Positions 29,045 through 37,710 of a DNA stretch of 61,411 bases are shown piece after piece. The translations under genes and the position numbers were made by a program. Origin of the DNA: an uncultured bacterium (GTDB lineage Bacteria > Hinthialibacterota > Hinthialibacteria > Hinthialibacterales > Hinthialibacteraceae); the NCBI GenBank assembly GCA_964606645.1, contig CAZSIZ010000001.1, positions 1 through 61,411 of the forward strand. The letters are read 5' to 3'. The stretch's first letter is position 1. Each line of letters opens with the position of its first letter. The notes beneath the pieces were generated by a model that saw nothing but the letters and a program-made list of their open reading frames with translations, was not told where the DNA came from and ran no database searches.

Positions 29045-30081
29045 ACCAAAACGAACGATCCATCGGAATCGCTATTCTCGGTTCGGGATTTATGGGCCGC
29101 ACCTATTCCGAAACGATTACGAAACTGGTCGAAGGCGCACACCTCACCGGCGTGTCGTGTGGATCGCGCGCGCCCCAATTGGCCGGCGATTACGGCATGA
29201 CGTATTACGAGTCGTGGAAAGACCTGGTATGCCGCGACGATGTAGACGCGGTGTTCGTCGCAACCCCTCACGCACAACACGCGGAGGAAGCGATCGAAGC
29301 GGCCAACGCGGGCAAGCACGTCTTTCTCGAAAAACCAATGGCCGGTTCCGTGGAAGAATGCGATGCAATTCTCGACGCCTGCCGATCCAAGCAGATCAAA
29401 TGCACCCTCGCTTTCACCCAGCGAATGCGCGTCTGCAACGCCGATGCGAAAAAATTTCTGGATACGGGCCGACTGGGTAAAGTGTTCCAAATGCGAACCT
29501 ACCAAATGGTCGCCGGTGGGATGCCAAATCTGCCCCAATGGCAATTGGACAAAGAAAATATGGGCCTGTTATACGGCCACGGGATACACAATTTCGACAA
29601 CGTCCGTTGGATCACCGGCCAGGAGATAGAAACCGTCTACGCCAAATGCCGCAGCATCGATCCCGCCTATCGAACCGAAGGCACGTCGGATGTGCTGTTG
29701 ACTCTGAGCGATGGAACCACGGCCTATCTCTTTTGCTCGTTCCAGGTTCCCGCGCCCGGATTCCCCCGCTCCCAGTTCGCGTACCGGGTGATCTGCGAAA
29801 AAGGCCTTCTGGACATCGACGCCTACGGTGAAGCCAGAGCCTCGGTCGAGGGAGAACCGTTCCAAACCATCGCCACCCAAGCCCCAATCGATTGGCAGGG
29901 AAAAGGATTCCTCGATCCGGTCCGTTTGGAGTCTTACGGTATCCACCTACAAGATTTCATCGACAGTGTTCGCGAAGACCGGGAACCTTCCATCACGGGC
30001 TGGGACGGCAGGCAAGCCGTCGCCGCCGCATTAGCGGCTTATCGTTCGAATGAGTCAGGCCAGGCAATCACACTGAGTTGA
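29041..30081 (+). CDS. Gfo/Idh/MocA family oxidoreductase (cytoplasmic)
   Basis: ATG 29041 forms an ATGA overlap with the symporter stop. Rossmann motif IAILGSGFMGR and EKP motif FLEKPMA. Confidence 0.9.
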   Translation: MNQNERSIGIAILGSGFMGRTYSETITKLVEGAHLTGVSCGSRAPQLAGDYGMTYYESWKDLVCRDDVDAVFVATPHAQHAEEAIEAANAGKHVFLEKPMAGSVEECDAILDACRSKQIKCTLAFTQRMRVCNADAKKFLDTGRLGKVFQMRTYQMVAGGMPNLPQWQLDKENMGLLYGHGIHNFDNVRWITGQEIETVYAKCRSIDPAYRTEGTSDVLLTLSDGTTAYLFCSFQVPAPGFPRSQFAYRVICEKGLLDIDAYGEARASVEGEPFQTIATQAPIDWQGKGFLDPVRLESYGIHLQDFIDSVREDREPSITGWDGRQAVAAALAAYRSNESGQAITLS

Positions 30082-30092
30082 GGATTTGACCC

Positions 30093-31412
30093 ATGGAGTT
30101 CAATCGATCAAAAAAACTTTACGAGCGCGCCAAACAGGTAATCCCAGGCGGAATCTCCAGCAACGTGCGGGCGAATTGGGAACCGTTCCCATTATTCTAC
30201 GTTCGTGGTAAAGGCTCGCGTGTCTGGGACGCTGATGGCAATGAATTTATCGATTACGTGCTCGGCCGGGGACCGCTGCTTCTCGGCCATTCGCCCAAAC
30301 CGGTAATAGAAGCCGTCAAAGCGCAGATGGACCGTGGCCTGTTTTTCGCCGGTCAGACCGAGTTGGAAGTCGAAGCCGCAGAATCGATCTGCGCGATGGT
30401 CCCCTGCGCGGAACAGGTGCGCTTCGGATCGTCGGGTTCGGAAGCGGTCCACGCGGCGCTGAGGCTGGCCAGGGCGGCAACGGGGCGAAACAAAATCCTG
30501 CGTTTCGAGGGCCACTATCACGGCTGGTTCGACAACATCGCCTGGAATTTCTGCCCGCCGGTAGAAAAATCAGGTTTTTGCGAAGGCACCGATTTGACGG
30601 TCTCGTCTCTGGGCCAGCCTGAAGAAGAAGGGGCAAACCTCTTCGCCCTCCCCTGGAACGATCTCGATGCGGTCGAGCGATTGTTCACCGAACGCGGTTC
30701 GGAAATTGCCGCCGTCATCATGGAACCGGTGATGTGCAACTTTGGAGCGATCTCCCCGCAGCCCGGCTATCTGGAAGGCGTCAGAGAATGCTGCGATCGA
30801 AACGGCAGCCTACTGATCTTCGACGAAGTCATCACCGGCTTTCGCCTATCGCTGGGCGGCGCGCAGGAAAAATTCCGCGTCACCCCCGATTTAGCCACGT
30901 TCGCCAAAGCCCTCGGCGGAGGTTTCATCGTCAGCGCCCTCGCCGGAAAAGAAAAATTCATGAAACCGTTCGGTGAACTGACAACCGTTCACGCCGGAAC
31001 CTACAACGCCTACCCCCCCAGCATGGCGGGAATCCTGGCAGCATTGAAGATGCTCAGCGAAAACAAAGGCGCGCTGCTCGAACAAGCAAAAACCACCGCC
31101 AATACGCTGATGGAAGGTATCCGAAATCTCACCAGTCAATCCTCGCTGCCCTTAACCGTGCGCGGAACCGCCCCGGTTTTTCATCTCTCCTTCGTTCCCG
31201 AAAATGCCGAGCCGGTCGTCGATTATCGCACGGCATTGCAAACCGATGCGGCTCTAACCCAAACATTCTGGATCGAGTTGCAACAACGCGGGATCCGTGT
31301 CACGCCGGAAGGTTTATGGTTCGTCTCCACCGCCCATACACAGGACGATATTGATAAAACGCTGGAAGCCGTGAAGGATGCTTTGGCCGAACTAGAAAAA
31401 AAGGTTGTATGA
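30093..31412 (+). CDS. class-III (glutamate-1-semialdehyde aminomutase-like) aminotransferase
   Basis: N-terminus SKKLYERAKQVIPGGISSNVRA. Motifs SGSEAV and LIFDEVITGFR. A Lys-containing FAKALGGG motif. Confidence 0.9.
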   Translation: MEFNRSKKLYERAKQVIPGGISSNVRANWEPFPLFYVRGKGSRVWDADGNEFIDYVLGRGPLLLGHSPKPVIEAVKAQMDRGLFFAGQTELEVEAAESICAMVPCAEQVRFGSSGSEAVHAALRLARAATGRNKILRFEGHYHGWFDNIAWNFCPPVEKSGFCEGTDLTVSSLGQPEEEGANLFALPWNDLDAVERLFTERGSEIAAVIMEPVMCNFGAISPQPGYLEGVRECCDRNGSLLIFDEVITGFRLSLGGAQEKFRVTPDLATFAKALGGGFIVSALAGKEKFMKPFGELTTVHAGTYNAYPPSMAGILAALKMLSENKGALLEQAKTTANTLMEGIRNLTSQSSLPLTVRGTAPVFHLSFVPENAEPVVDYRTALQTDAALTQTFWIELQQRGIRVTPEGLWFVSTAHTQDDIDKTLEAVKDALAELEKKVV

Positions 31413-31448
31413 TGATCTTGTATTTCGACAGCAATATAGATTGAGCGC

Positions 31449-31470
31449 GGGCAGGCACAGGGGCCTGCCC
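31449..31470 (+). other. GC-rich stem-loop (REP-like) downstream of the aminotransferase gene
   Basis: GGGCAGGC (31449-31456) pairs with GCCTGCCC (31463-31470) across the 6-nt loop ACAGGG. No U-tract follows. Confidence 0.5.
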
Positions 31471-31520
31471 CTACACGTTCCTGTTACCCATTTAGGTTTG
31501 TGTGACAGAGTTACAAGTAT

Positions 31521-31561
31521 TTTTTTCATGCTCTTTTTCGTGTTTTTTTCGTGCTTTCGTG
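31521..31561 (+). promoter_or_regulatory. phased T-tract / TTC(A/G)TG repeat block upstream of the pseudopilin gene
   Basis: TTTTTTCATG, CTTTTTCGTG, TTTTTTTCGTG and CTTTCGTG, with hexamers at 31525, 31537, 31548 and 31556. The block lies 30-70 nt upstream of ATG 31592. Confidence 0.35.
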
Positions 31562-31591
31562 ATTCAAAAATGAAAAGGCAGGTGTCCAACG

Positions 31592-32185
31592 ATGTCCAAG
31601 AAAACAGGTTTCACACTGATCGAGCTGCTCATCGTCGTTGCCATCATCGGAATCTTAGCAGCCATCGCGGTCCCGAATTTCCTGAACGCCCAGATTCGGG
31701 CCAAAATCGCCCGTTCCGAAGCCGACGCGCAAGCCATCGGCACGGCACTTGAAATGTATAAGTTGGACACCAACGAATTCCCGCCCGACGCGCGTTCCGG
31801 AGTCTACCGGCATTTCTCTCTTCAGTGGGGCGCGGAACCCTCCGCCGGAAAACACTTGACCACCCCGGTCGCCTACATGAATGCGATCCCCGCCGATCCC
31901 TTCAACAGCCAAGTCGCGTGGGAAGGATGGACGCCGTTCGGTGACGCGAATGACACCGACGAGAAAGCCATGTATTTCCTGAACCGCAAGTACAACGAAA
32001 ACGTCAATTCCTGGGAACCAGGGCTGCCTTTCGAGCATCGCTTCAGAAGCGTTCACTGGCAGATTTATTCAATCGGCCCCTCGAAGAATTACGGCTGGCG
32101 AGCCGAACTGACGGCTTGCTGGCTGGTTCCGTATGAATCAACGAACGGCCTGAATAGCCAGGGTGGCATCTGGCGGCTTGGATAA
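31592..32185 (+). CDS. prepilin-type N-terminal cleavage/methylation domain protein (GspG-like pseudopilin)
   Basis: MSKKTG/FTLIELLIVVAIIGILAAIAVPNF is a class-III signal followed by the conserved Glu+5 helix. Paralog of 60504..61085. Confidence 0.9.
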   Translation: MSKKTGFTLIELLIVVAIIGILAAIAVPNFLNAQIRAKIARSEADAQAIGTALEMYKLDTNEFPPDARSGVYRHFSLQWGAEPSAGKHLTTPVAYMNAIPADPFNSQVAWEGWTPFGDANDTDEKAMYFLNRKYNENVNSWEPGLPFEHRFRSVHWQIYSIGPSKNYGWRAELTACWLVPYESTNGLNSQGGIWRLG

Positions 32186-32188
32186 CCG

Positions 32189-32932
32189 ATGATTACCGAC
32201 GCTCACGTTCATATCGGCCGTTCCAATTCATTCCACATCCATGCCGATGCGGATTTCCTGATCCGTGCCGCCGACCGGGCGGGAATTGACCGCATGCTGA
32301 TTACCGATTTCACGGCGCTCGGTTACGACATCGAAGAAGGCAACGAATACGCCCGAATCCAGACCGCGCTTCATCCCAATCGAATGCGGGCCTATTTCAC
32401 CGTCAGTTCGGGACGTTACGGCCAACGGGCCGTCGAACAACTGGAACGCTATGTAACCGATCACGCATTCTGCGGCCTGAAAATCTATTCGGTCCCGCCT
32501 TTGCTGACGATCGACGATTCCTACATGATCCCGATACTGGAAAAAGCGGCGGAACTGAAAATCCCCGTCCTCGCCCACTCCACCGGCGCCGAGTGTGAAT
32601 CCCTGGCGCGCCAGGTCCCCGAATCGATCCTCATTAATGCGCATACGGGCTGCTGCCCCCAGGCACACGGCGACTGGCACCGCTCCATCGCCGCCGCCAA
32701 AAAATTCTCCAACATCTATCTCGATACCGCCAGTTCCTCCTTCGACAACGGTATGATCGAATTCGCCGTTGAGCAAGTAGGCGCGGACCGTATTCTATTC
32801 GGTTCGGACACCCCGCTTCTCGACCCGATATTACAAATAGCGAAAGTGCGGGAAAGCGATCTAACGGATGAACAGAAGGATTCGATCTTCCATGGGAACA
32901 TCGAACGTCTATTGCGGTTGCGGGAGTCGTAA
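32189..32932 (+). CDS. amidohydrolase-2 family metal-dependent hydrolase
   Basis: N-terminal ITDAHVHIG (HxH). TIM-barrel hydrolase pattern ending in LFGSDTPL. Starts 3 nt after the pseudopilin stop. Confidence 0.8.
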   Translation: MITDAHVHIGRSNSFHIHADADFLIRAADRAGIDRMLITDFTALGYDIEEGNEYARIQTALHPNRMRAYFTVSSGRYGQRAVEQLERYVTDHAFCGLKIYSVPPLLTIDDSYMIPILEKAAELKIPVLAHSTGAECESLARQVPESILINAHTGCCPQAHGDWHRSIAAAKKFSNIYLDTASSSFDNGMIEFAVEQVGADRILFGSDTPLLDPILQIAKVRESDLTDEQKDSIFHGNIERLLRLRES

Positions 32933-33688
32933 ATGATCCTCGATGTCCACGCCTATCACGGCAACTGGCCTTACTGGCCACTCAGAAACCACGGCATCGA
33001 TTCGATTCTGAAGGCGATGGATCGATACGGAATCAACCAAGCGTTTCTCTGCTCCCTGAAAGCGGTTTTTGCCGATACGGAAGCGGGCAACGAAGAAACG
33101 GTACGGATCGTTCGGGATCATCCCACCCGCTTCATGCCCGCGTTCACCTATTCCCCCTACGCGCCGGGAAAAGACAACTATCGCGAAGACTGCCGCCGGT
33201 TTGAAACTTCGCTTGTCAAACTCTTTCCTCTCAATCACAGTTACAATCTGCTGGAAGAACCTTACATCGACGAACTGCTGGATTTCTGCGAAGACGAGTC
33301 GATCCCGGTCATGCTTCCCTACCGCCTGATGATGAGCTGGCGCTTGCCGGTTCAAAATCTTAAGGACATCGAAGGGCTGGCTCGAAAACATCCACAAACG
33401 AATCTCATCATCTCGTCGGTCAATTATCTCTTCGAGTTGCAAACCACGCTGGATATCATGCGCCGGTGTCCAAACGTGTATCTGGAGACATCGGGAATGA
33501 TGGCGTACCGGGCGATCGATCGAGTTGTCAGCGAAATCGGAGCCAATCGTCTGCTCCACGGAAGCGCCATGCCCCTGCAAAATCCGGCTATCGCCCCCCT
33601 CAAAATCCATTCCTCCGACCTGTCGAACAAAGACAAGGAAAAAATCCTCCACCGAAACACCGCAACTTTATTCAACCAAATCAGATAG
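32933..33688 (+). CDS. amidohydrolase-2 family protein (paralog with altered N-terminal His motif)
   Basis: ILDVHAYHG replaces the HxH motif. LHGSAMPL is present near the C-terminus. The ATG directly follows the upstream TAA in the same frame. Confidence 0.75.
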   Translation: MILDVHAYHGNWPYWPLRNHGIDSILKAMDRYGINQAFLCSLKAVFADTEAGNEETVRIVRDHPTRFMPAFTYSPYAPGKDNYREDCRRFETSLVKLFPLNHSYNLLEEPYIDELLDFCEDESIPVMLPYRLMMSWRLPVQNLKDIEGLARKHPQTNLIISSVNYLFELQTTLDIMRRCPNVYLETSGMMAYRAIDRVVSEIGANRLLHGSAMPLQNPAIAPLKIHSSDLSNKDKEKILHRNTATLFNQIR

Positions 33689-33737
33689 TAGAACCGTTGA
33701 CAAACGACCATCCTATATGAGTAAATCGCATTAAATT

Positions 33738-33797
33738 GTGGTGCAGGCTTCCAGCCTGCATTTGTACTTAACGATACAGGCTGGAAGCCTGCACCAC
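33738..33797. repeat. perfect 21-bp inverted repeat built from the CAGGCT-NNN-AGCCTG palindrome
   Basis: GTGGTGCAGGCTTCCAGCCTG (33738-33758) is the exact reverse complement of CAGGCTGGAAGCCTGCACCAC (33777-33797), with an 18-nt loop. Each arm is itself palindromic. Confidence 0.9.
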
Positions 33798-33839
33798 AAA
33801 ACAATTCCAGCTATAACGGTTCCAAAGAAAGGGAAATTC

Positions 33840-35984
33840 TTGAGACATACTGAAGCAGTTTCACGTCGTCTCCAAATCGCAGCCATTTACATGGCGCTTA
33901 TCCTAATCACCTTATTCGAAGCGATAAACATTTTCGCTGATAACAAGGCGAGTTTGCCGACGCTGCGTTTGCCTGATCCGAAGATTGCGGAGGTCTATCG
34001 CGGAAACTGGGTAAACACCCTGGAACCGTGCAAAGTTCCAGTGAAAACGGAACATGCAGCGCGGGCAAACCAGCATACAGAACCGGATCGACCGTGGAAG
34101 GTCGATGTGAACGGGCATTACCCGGGATGGTATCCTGGAGTTGATGTGAAACATCAGGCAGCGGCGTACCTCGCGTGTGAGAAGAATTTACCGCTTGTGC
34201 TCCGGGCGTGGAACCTGACCAAGTCAATCTATCAGTTATCCGATGGAAGTGTCCGGTCGATGACGATGTATGACAACCCGCACAACATCGTCCCCGAAAC
34301 GACAATTGACGGCGGGATCGTGTACTACCCGCTAAGGCTAACGGCGAGCATCGATTTTCTGCTGCTGGGCGACATGATTTTCCGCTTTTCGCAGGATCGG
34401 GACTGGTTGAGGGAAAACCTGCCTGCGCTTCGAAGGACAGCAGCGTATATCGAAGGCTGGATCGATGACGCAGGCCTGCTGCAGAGCCACTCATACGACC
34501 TGGACCAAGTGTATCGCGATATCGACGGCGTGGCACAGGCGTCGGCGTGCTTGGCTCTTAAGCGGCTGGCGGATTTAGAAAGCGTTGCAGGCGAAACGGC
34601 ACGGCAGCAACATGCAGCGGCGGTTGCGGAGCGGCTTGCGAATGGCGCTGAGAATCATTTCTGGAATACGAAGCGTGGTTACTACATGGAGCATCTCACG
34701 TACAACAACATCGCGGCAGCCAAGCGATTTGGATCGATCGTGACCGTGAGTTCGCATCTGGACGAAACCCATGCGGCGGTAAAAGCGGTCGATGAAGTGA
34801 TCGGCATCGGCATCGACGCCTTTGCCGTGGGTGTCGGTGCAGCAGGCGCACACGAATGGGCAGCAGACAACGAAACCGAGAATGCGTGGATTCAGATCAA
34901 GTTCGCAGAACCCGTTACCATCGGCGGAGCGATCCTCTACAACCGGACCGATCCAAACGTTCAGCCGGGCGAGCGATTCGCCGATGGATACCTGGAATTC
35001 AGCGACGGATCGCCCCGTGTCGAGGTTACGTTTAACCGGTTTGATGTTTCGCGGGCGATGGTATCGTTTGCACCGCGAAAATTAATATGGGTGAAATTTA
35101 CAGGCACACGGATGCAAGGGACCGGTGGCACGAATGCAGGTCTCGCAGAGTTTCAACTCATTCATGCGGACGAGCCGTACCGAAAATTCACGCACGGTAT
35201 GTGCGACACGAACTTTGCGATGCTCGCATTCGATGTCTCGAAGACATGGAGAATCGATCGCGTCTGGAACTATTTCAAGACGCATGAATCCGCGTTTTAC
35301 GAAGTCAACGGATTGAACGCGCCAACGTGGATCGCAGAAAAAGCGGAAACATACAGCGAGGCAGAACTCAACAAGCGCGCGCCGTATAAGGACTGTGTGG
35401 CAATGGCGCGAATCTGGCGCTACGACGCGATGATGCGCCATCGAATGAGAGACGGCGAAGGGCTGTACAAAACCATCACGTATGCGAATAGGCTATACGA
35501 TCGGCCTTCCGGTGGCGGAGCGGGATGGTTTGCGGAACGTTATGCCCTGGGACGTTTTCAACCCGGCGATGAAGCGCAGGCGACGATCTCCAAGTACGCT
35601 GGGTATCCCGCAATCTACAACTCGACGATTGTGCAGCAGACGCTGCTTGGTCTGGAAGTAGATGTATATGGAACGATTCTGATTGATCCGTGTGTGCCGC
35701 TGGATTGGTACACGAAAGGATTCGGCCAGGAAGGCTGCGGTGTCTTGAACGATGTCGATCTCGCCTACACCTACCAGGCCGATCGCGTCGAAGGTTGGAT
35801 TGACGGCCTGGCCGGATCGCGCAAGATTCGCTTGCGCTTACCACCACAATTAAGAGATTCCCCCTGTGCGGTAACGAGCAACAATCGCTCGATCGCACAC
35901 GAACGAATAAAGGATATTGTCATTTTCGAATTCTTGACAACGCCCGGCAAACGAAATGTGTTCGTAATAGAGACAGCAGATTAA
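33840..35984 (+). CDS. exported glycosidase-like protein with an internal discoidin (F5/8 type C)-like domain
   Basis: TTG 33840 (AAGGGA RBS) gives a signal-like N-terminus (RRLQIAAIYMALILITLFEAINIFA). The first ATG is 33891. The segment AWIQIKFAEPVTIGGAILYNR looks discoidin-like. The ORF 5' end at 33738 overlaps the inverted repeat. Confidence 0.65.
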   Translation: MRHTEAVSRRLQIAAIYMALILITLFEAINIFADNKASLPTLRLPDPKIAEVYRGNWVNTLEPCKVPVKTEHAARANQHTEPDRPWKVDVNGHYPGWYPGVDVKHQAAAYLACEKNLPLVLRAWNLTKSIYQLSDGSVRSMTMYDNPHNIVPETTIDGGIVYYPLRLTASIDFLLLGDMIFRFSQDRDWLRENLPALRRTAAYIEGWIDDAGLLQSHSYDLDQVYRDIDGVAQASACLALKRLADLESVAGETARQQHAAAVAERLANGAENHFWNTKRGYYMEHLTYNNIAAAKRFGSIVTVSSHLDETHAAVKAVDEVIGIGIDAFAVGVGAAGAHEWAADNETENAWIQIKFAEPVTIGGAILYNRTDPNVQPGERFADGYLEFSDGSPRVEVTFNRFDVSRAMVSFAPRKLIWVKFTGTRMQGTGGTNAGLAEFQLIHADEPYRKFTHGMCDTNFAMLAFDVSKTWRIDRVWNYFKTHESAFYEVNGLNAPTWIAEKAETYSEAELNKRAPYKDCVAMARIWRYDAMMRHRMRDGEGLYKTITYANRLYDRPSGGGAGWFAERYALGRFQPGDEAQATISKYAGYPAIYNSTIVQQTLLGLEVDVYGTILIDPCVPLDWYTKGFGQEGCGVLNDVDLAYTYQADRVEGWIDGLAGSRKIRLRLPPQLRDSPCAVTSNNRSIAHERIKDIVIFEFLTTPGKRNVFVIETAD

Positions 35985-36047
35985 ATCGGCTATATAATAA
36001 GATTATTATAAAAACGATCCCAGAATAATAATCCATAGGAGAGAACG

Positions 36048-37616
36048 ATGAAGAACATTCAAAAACCCCTATCGTGCTGTTCGACCTGCCGAATGAATCG
36101 CCGGAATTTTCTGCGAACCAGCTGCATGGCCGGAGCGGCCGCCACTGGACTGCTGGCGGGTTCTAGTTCACTTCATGCGGGAGAGAGCCAATCCAAAGTA
36201 AAAATCCGGATTGTGCACTCGCTTCACGCCCCCGTTCAACCGGGACCGGATTGGCCCAACGTCGGATTCGATTTCAGACCGGTGATGGCCAATATCAAAA
36301 AGAAATTGACCGAGTTATGTCCCGGTTTCGAGTTTGTCGAGTCCCTGGCTACAGGCGAGGAGCAAGCCAAAGCGATTCTCGAACAAGACCGCACGGAAAA
36401 GATCGACGGCTACTTGGTCTACCAAATGAACTGCTGGAACCGCGTGATCCAGACAATCGTCACCTCAGACAAACCGGTGCTCTACGCCGATTTCCAATAC
36501 GGCGGAAGCGGCGGTTTCCTGGTCTACACCGCTAGATTCCTTCGCGAAGAGACGCCGAATTTCGGTTTTGTGGCGTCGTCGAAAATTGAAGACGTAGCCG
36601 ATGCGGTCAAATATATCGCTCTGGTCAAGAAGGGTGGTTCACTCTCCGATTACGTAACGGAAACGAAGCAATTACGGACTTCCCGCACCCCCAAACCCGG
36701 CGATCTCTCCTGCTTGAACGATCCTCTGAAAACCCTTGGACCGGATGAATGTCTCAAAAAAATGAAGCAATCGAAAATCCTGGCGGTCCGCGATCAGAAC
36801 TCCGGACCGGCGGAAGATATCTTCGGCATTCCGATGGAAAACGTCTCTTTTTCGGAAGTCAACGACGCCTGGGAAAAAGCGGACAAAGACGAAAGTCGCG
36901 AGGTTGCCAACCGATGGCGCAAAAACGCCACTGAGGTTATCGATGTTTCCAGCGAAACTCTCCTCACGTCAGCGGCCATGTACTTAGGAATGAAGAACGT
37001 CCTGAAGAAGCATAACGCGAATGCCATTACAGTGAACTGCCTGGGAGGATTTTACGGCGGACACATCCATGCCTATCCCTGCCTGGGATTCCATGAATTG
37101 AACAACGAGGCCTTGGTTGGCGCGTGTGAATGCGATGTGAGATCCACGGCGGCGATGATTGCGATCACGGCCATGACCGGGGGCCGTCCCGGGTATATCT
37201 CCGATCCCGTGATCGATACCTCCAAACGGCAGATCATCTACGCACACTGCGTCGGTTCAAACAAGGTATTCGGCCCAAAAGGAAAGACCAATCCCTTCAC
37301 GATCATGACCCATTCCGAAGACCGCCAGGGAGCCTCGGTCCGCTCGATTTTCCCCTTGGGCTATATGACGACGACAATTGACGTTAATCAGGAGAGGAAA
37401 GAGATTATTTTCCATCAGGGCAAAGCCATCGAAAACGATCCCGACGACCGCGCCTGCCGAACGAAAATCGGCGTCGAACCGGTTGGAGATATCGAGAAAC
37501 TCTTCACCCAATGGGACCATTGGGGCTGGCACCGGGTCACGGCTTACGGCGACTTAAAAGAACCGGTCTTCGCCCTCGCCGATCGCATGGGCTGGAAAGT
37601 CATCGAAGAAGCCTGA
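36048..37616 (+). CDS. twin-arginine-signal protein with L-fucose/L-arabinose-isomerase-like fold
   Basis: AGGAGAG RBS. Tat motif RMNRRNFLRTSCMAGAAATGLLAGSSSLHA. The C-terminal pattern ITVNC...VGACECDVRSTAAMIAI...YAHC parallels AIQCW...[17 protein letters not shown]...LFHC in 47560..48969. Confidence 0.7.
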   Translation: MKNIQKPLSCCSTCRMNRRNFLRTSCMAGAAATGLLAGSSSLHAGESQSKVKIRIVHSLHAPVQPGPDWPNVGFDFRPVMANIKKKLTELCPGFEFVESLATGEEQAKAILEQDRTEKIDGYLVYQMNCWNRVIQTIVTSDKPVLYADFQYGGSGGFLVYTARFLREETPNFGFVASSKIEDVADAVKYIALVKKGGSLSDYVTETKQLRTSRTPKPGDLSCLNDPLKTLGPDECLKKMKQSKILAVRDQNSGPAEDIFGIPMENVSFSEVNDAWEKADKDESREVANRWRKNATEVIDVSSETLLTSAAMYLGMKNVLKKHNANAITVNCLGGFYGGHIHAYPCLGFHELNNEALVGACECDVRSTAAMIAITAMTGGRPGYISDPVIDTSKRQIIYAHCVGSNKVFGPKGKTNPFTIMTHSEDRQGASVRSIFPLGYMTTTIDVNQERKEIIFHQGKAIENDPDDRACRTKIGVEPVGDIEKLFTQWDHWGWHRVTAYGDLKEPVFALADRMGWKVIEEA

Positions 37617-37710
37617 TCGTCGATCGATGCAATCCGGTTCGATCGATCTGGAATCGAACTGGACGGGTCGCATAATACTAAATCATTCTCGAATGACGCA
37701 AGGAAAACTA

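Noticed and set aside
35985-36047. AT-only palindrome TATAATAAGATTATTATA after the stop at 35984, as a possible terminator
   Set aside because: The stem contains only A-T pairs and would be very weak. It is more likely part of the next gene's promoter or AT-rich spacer.
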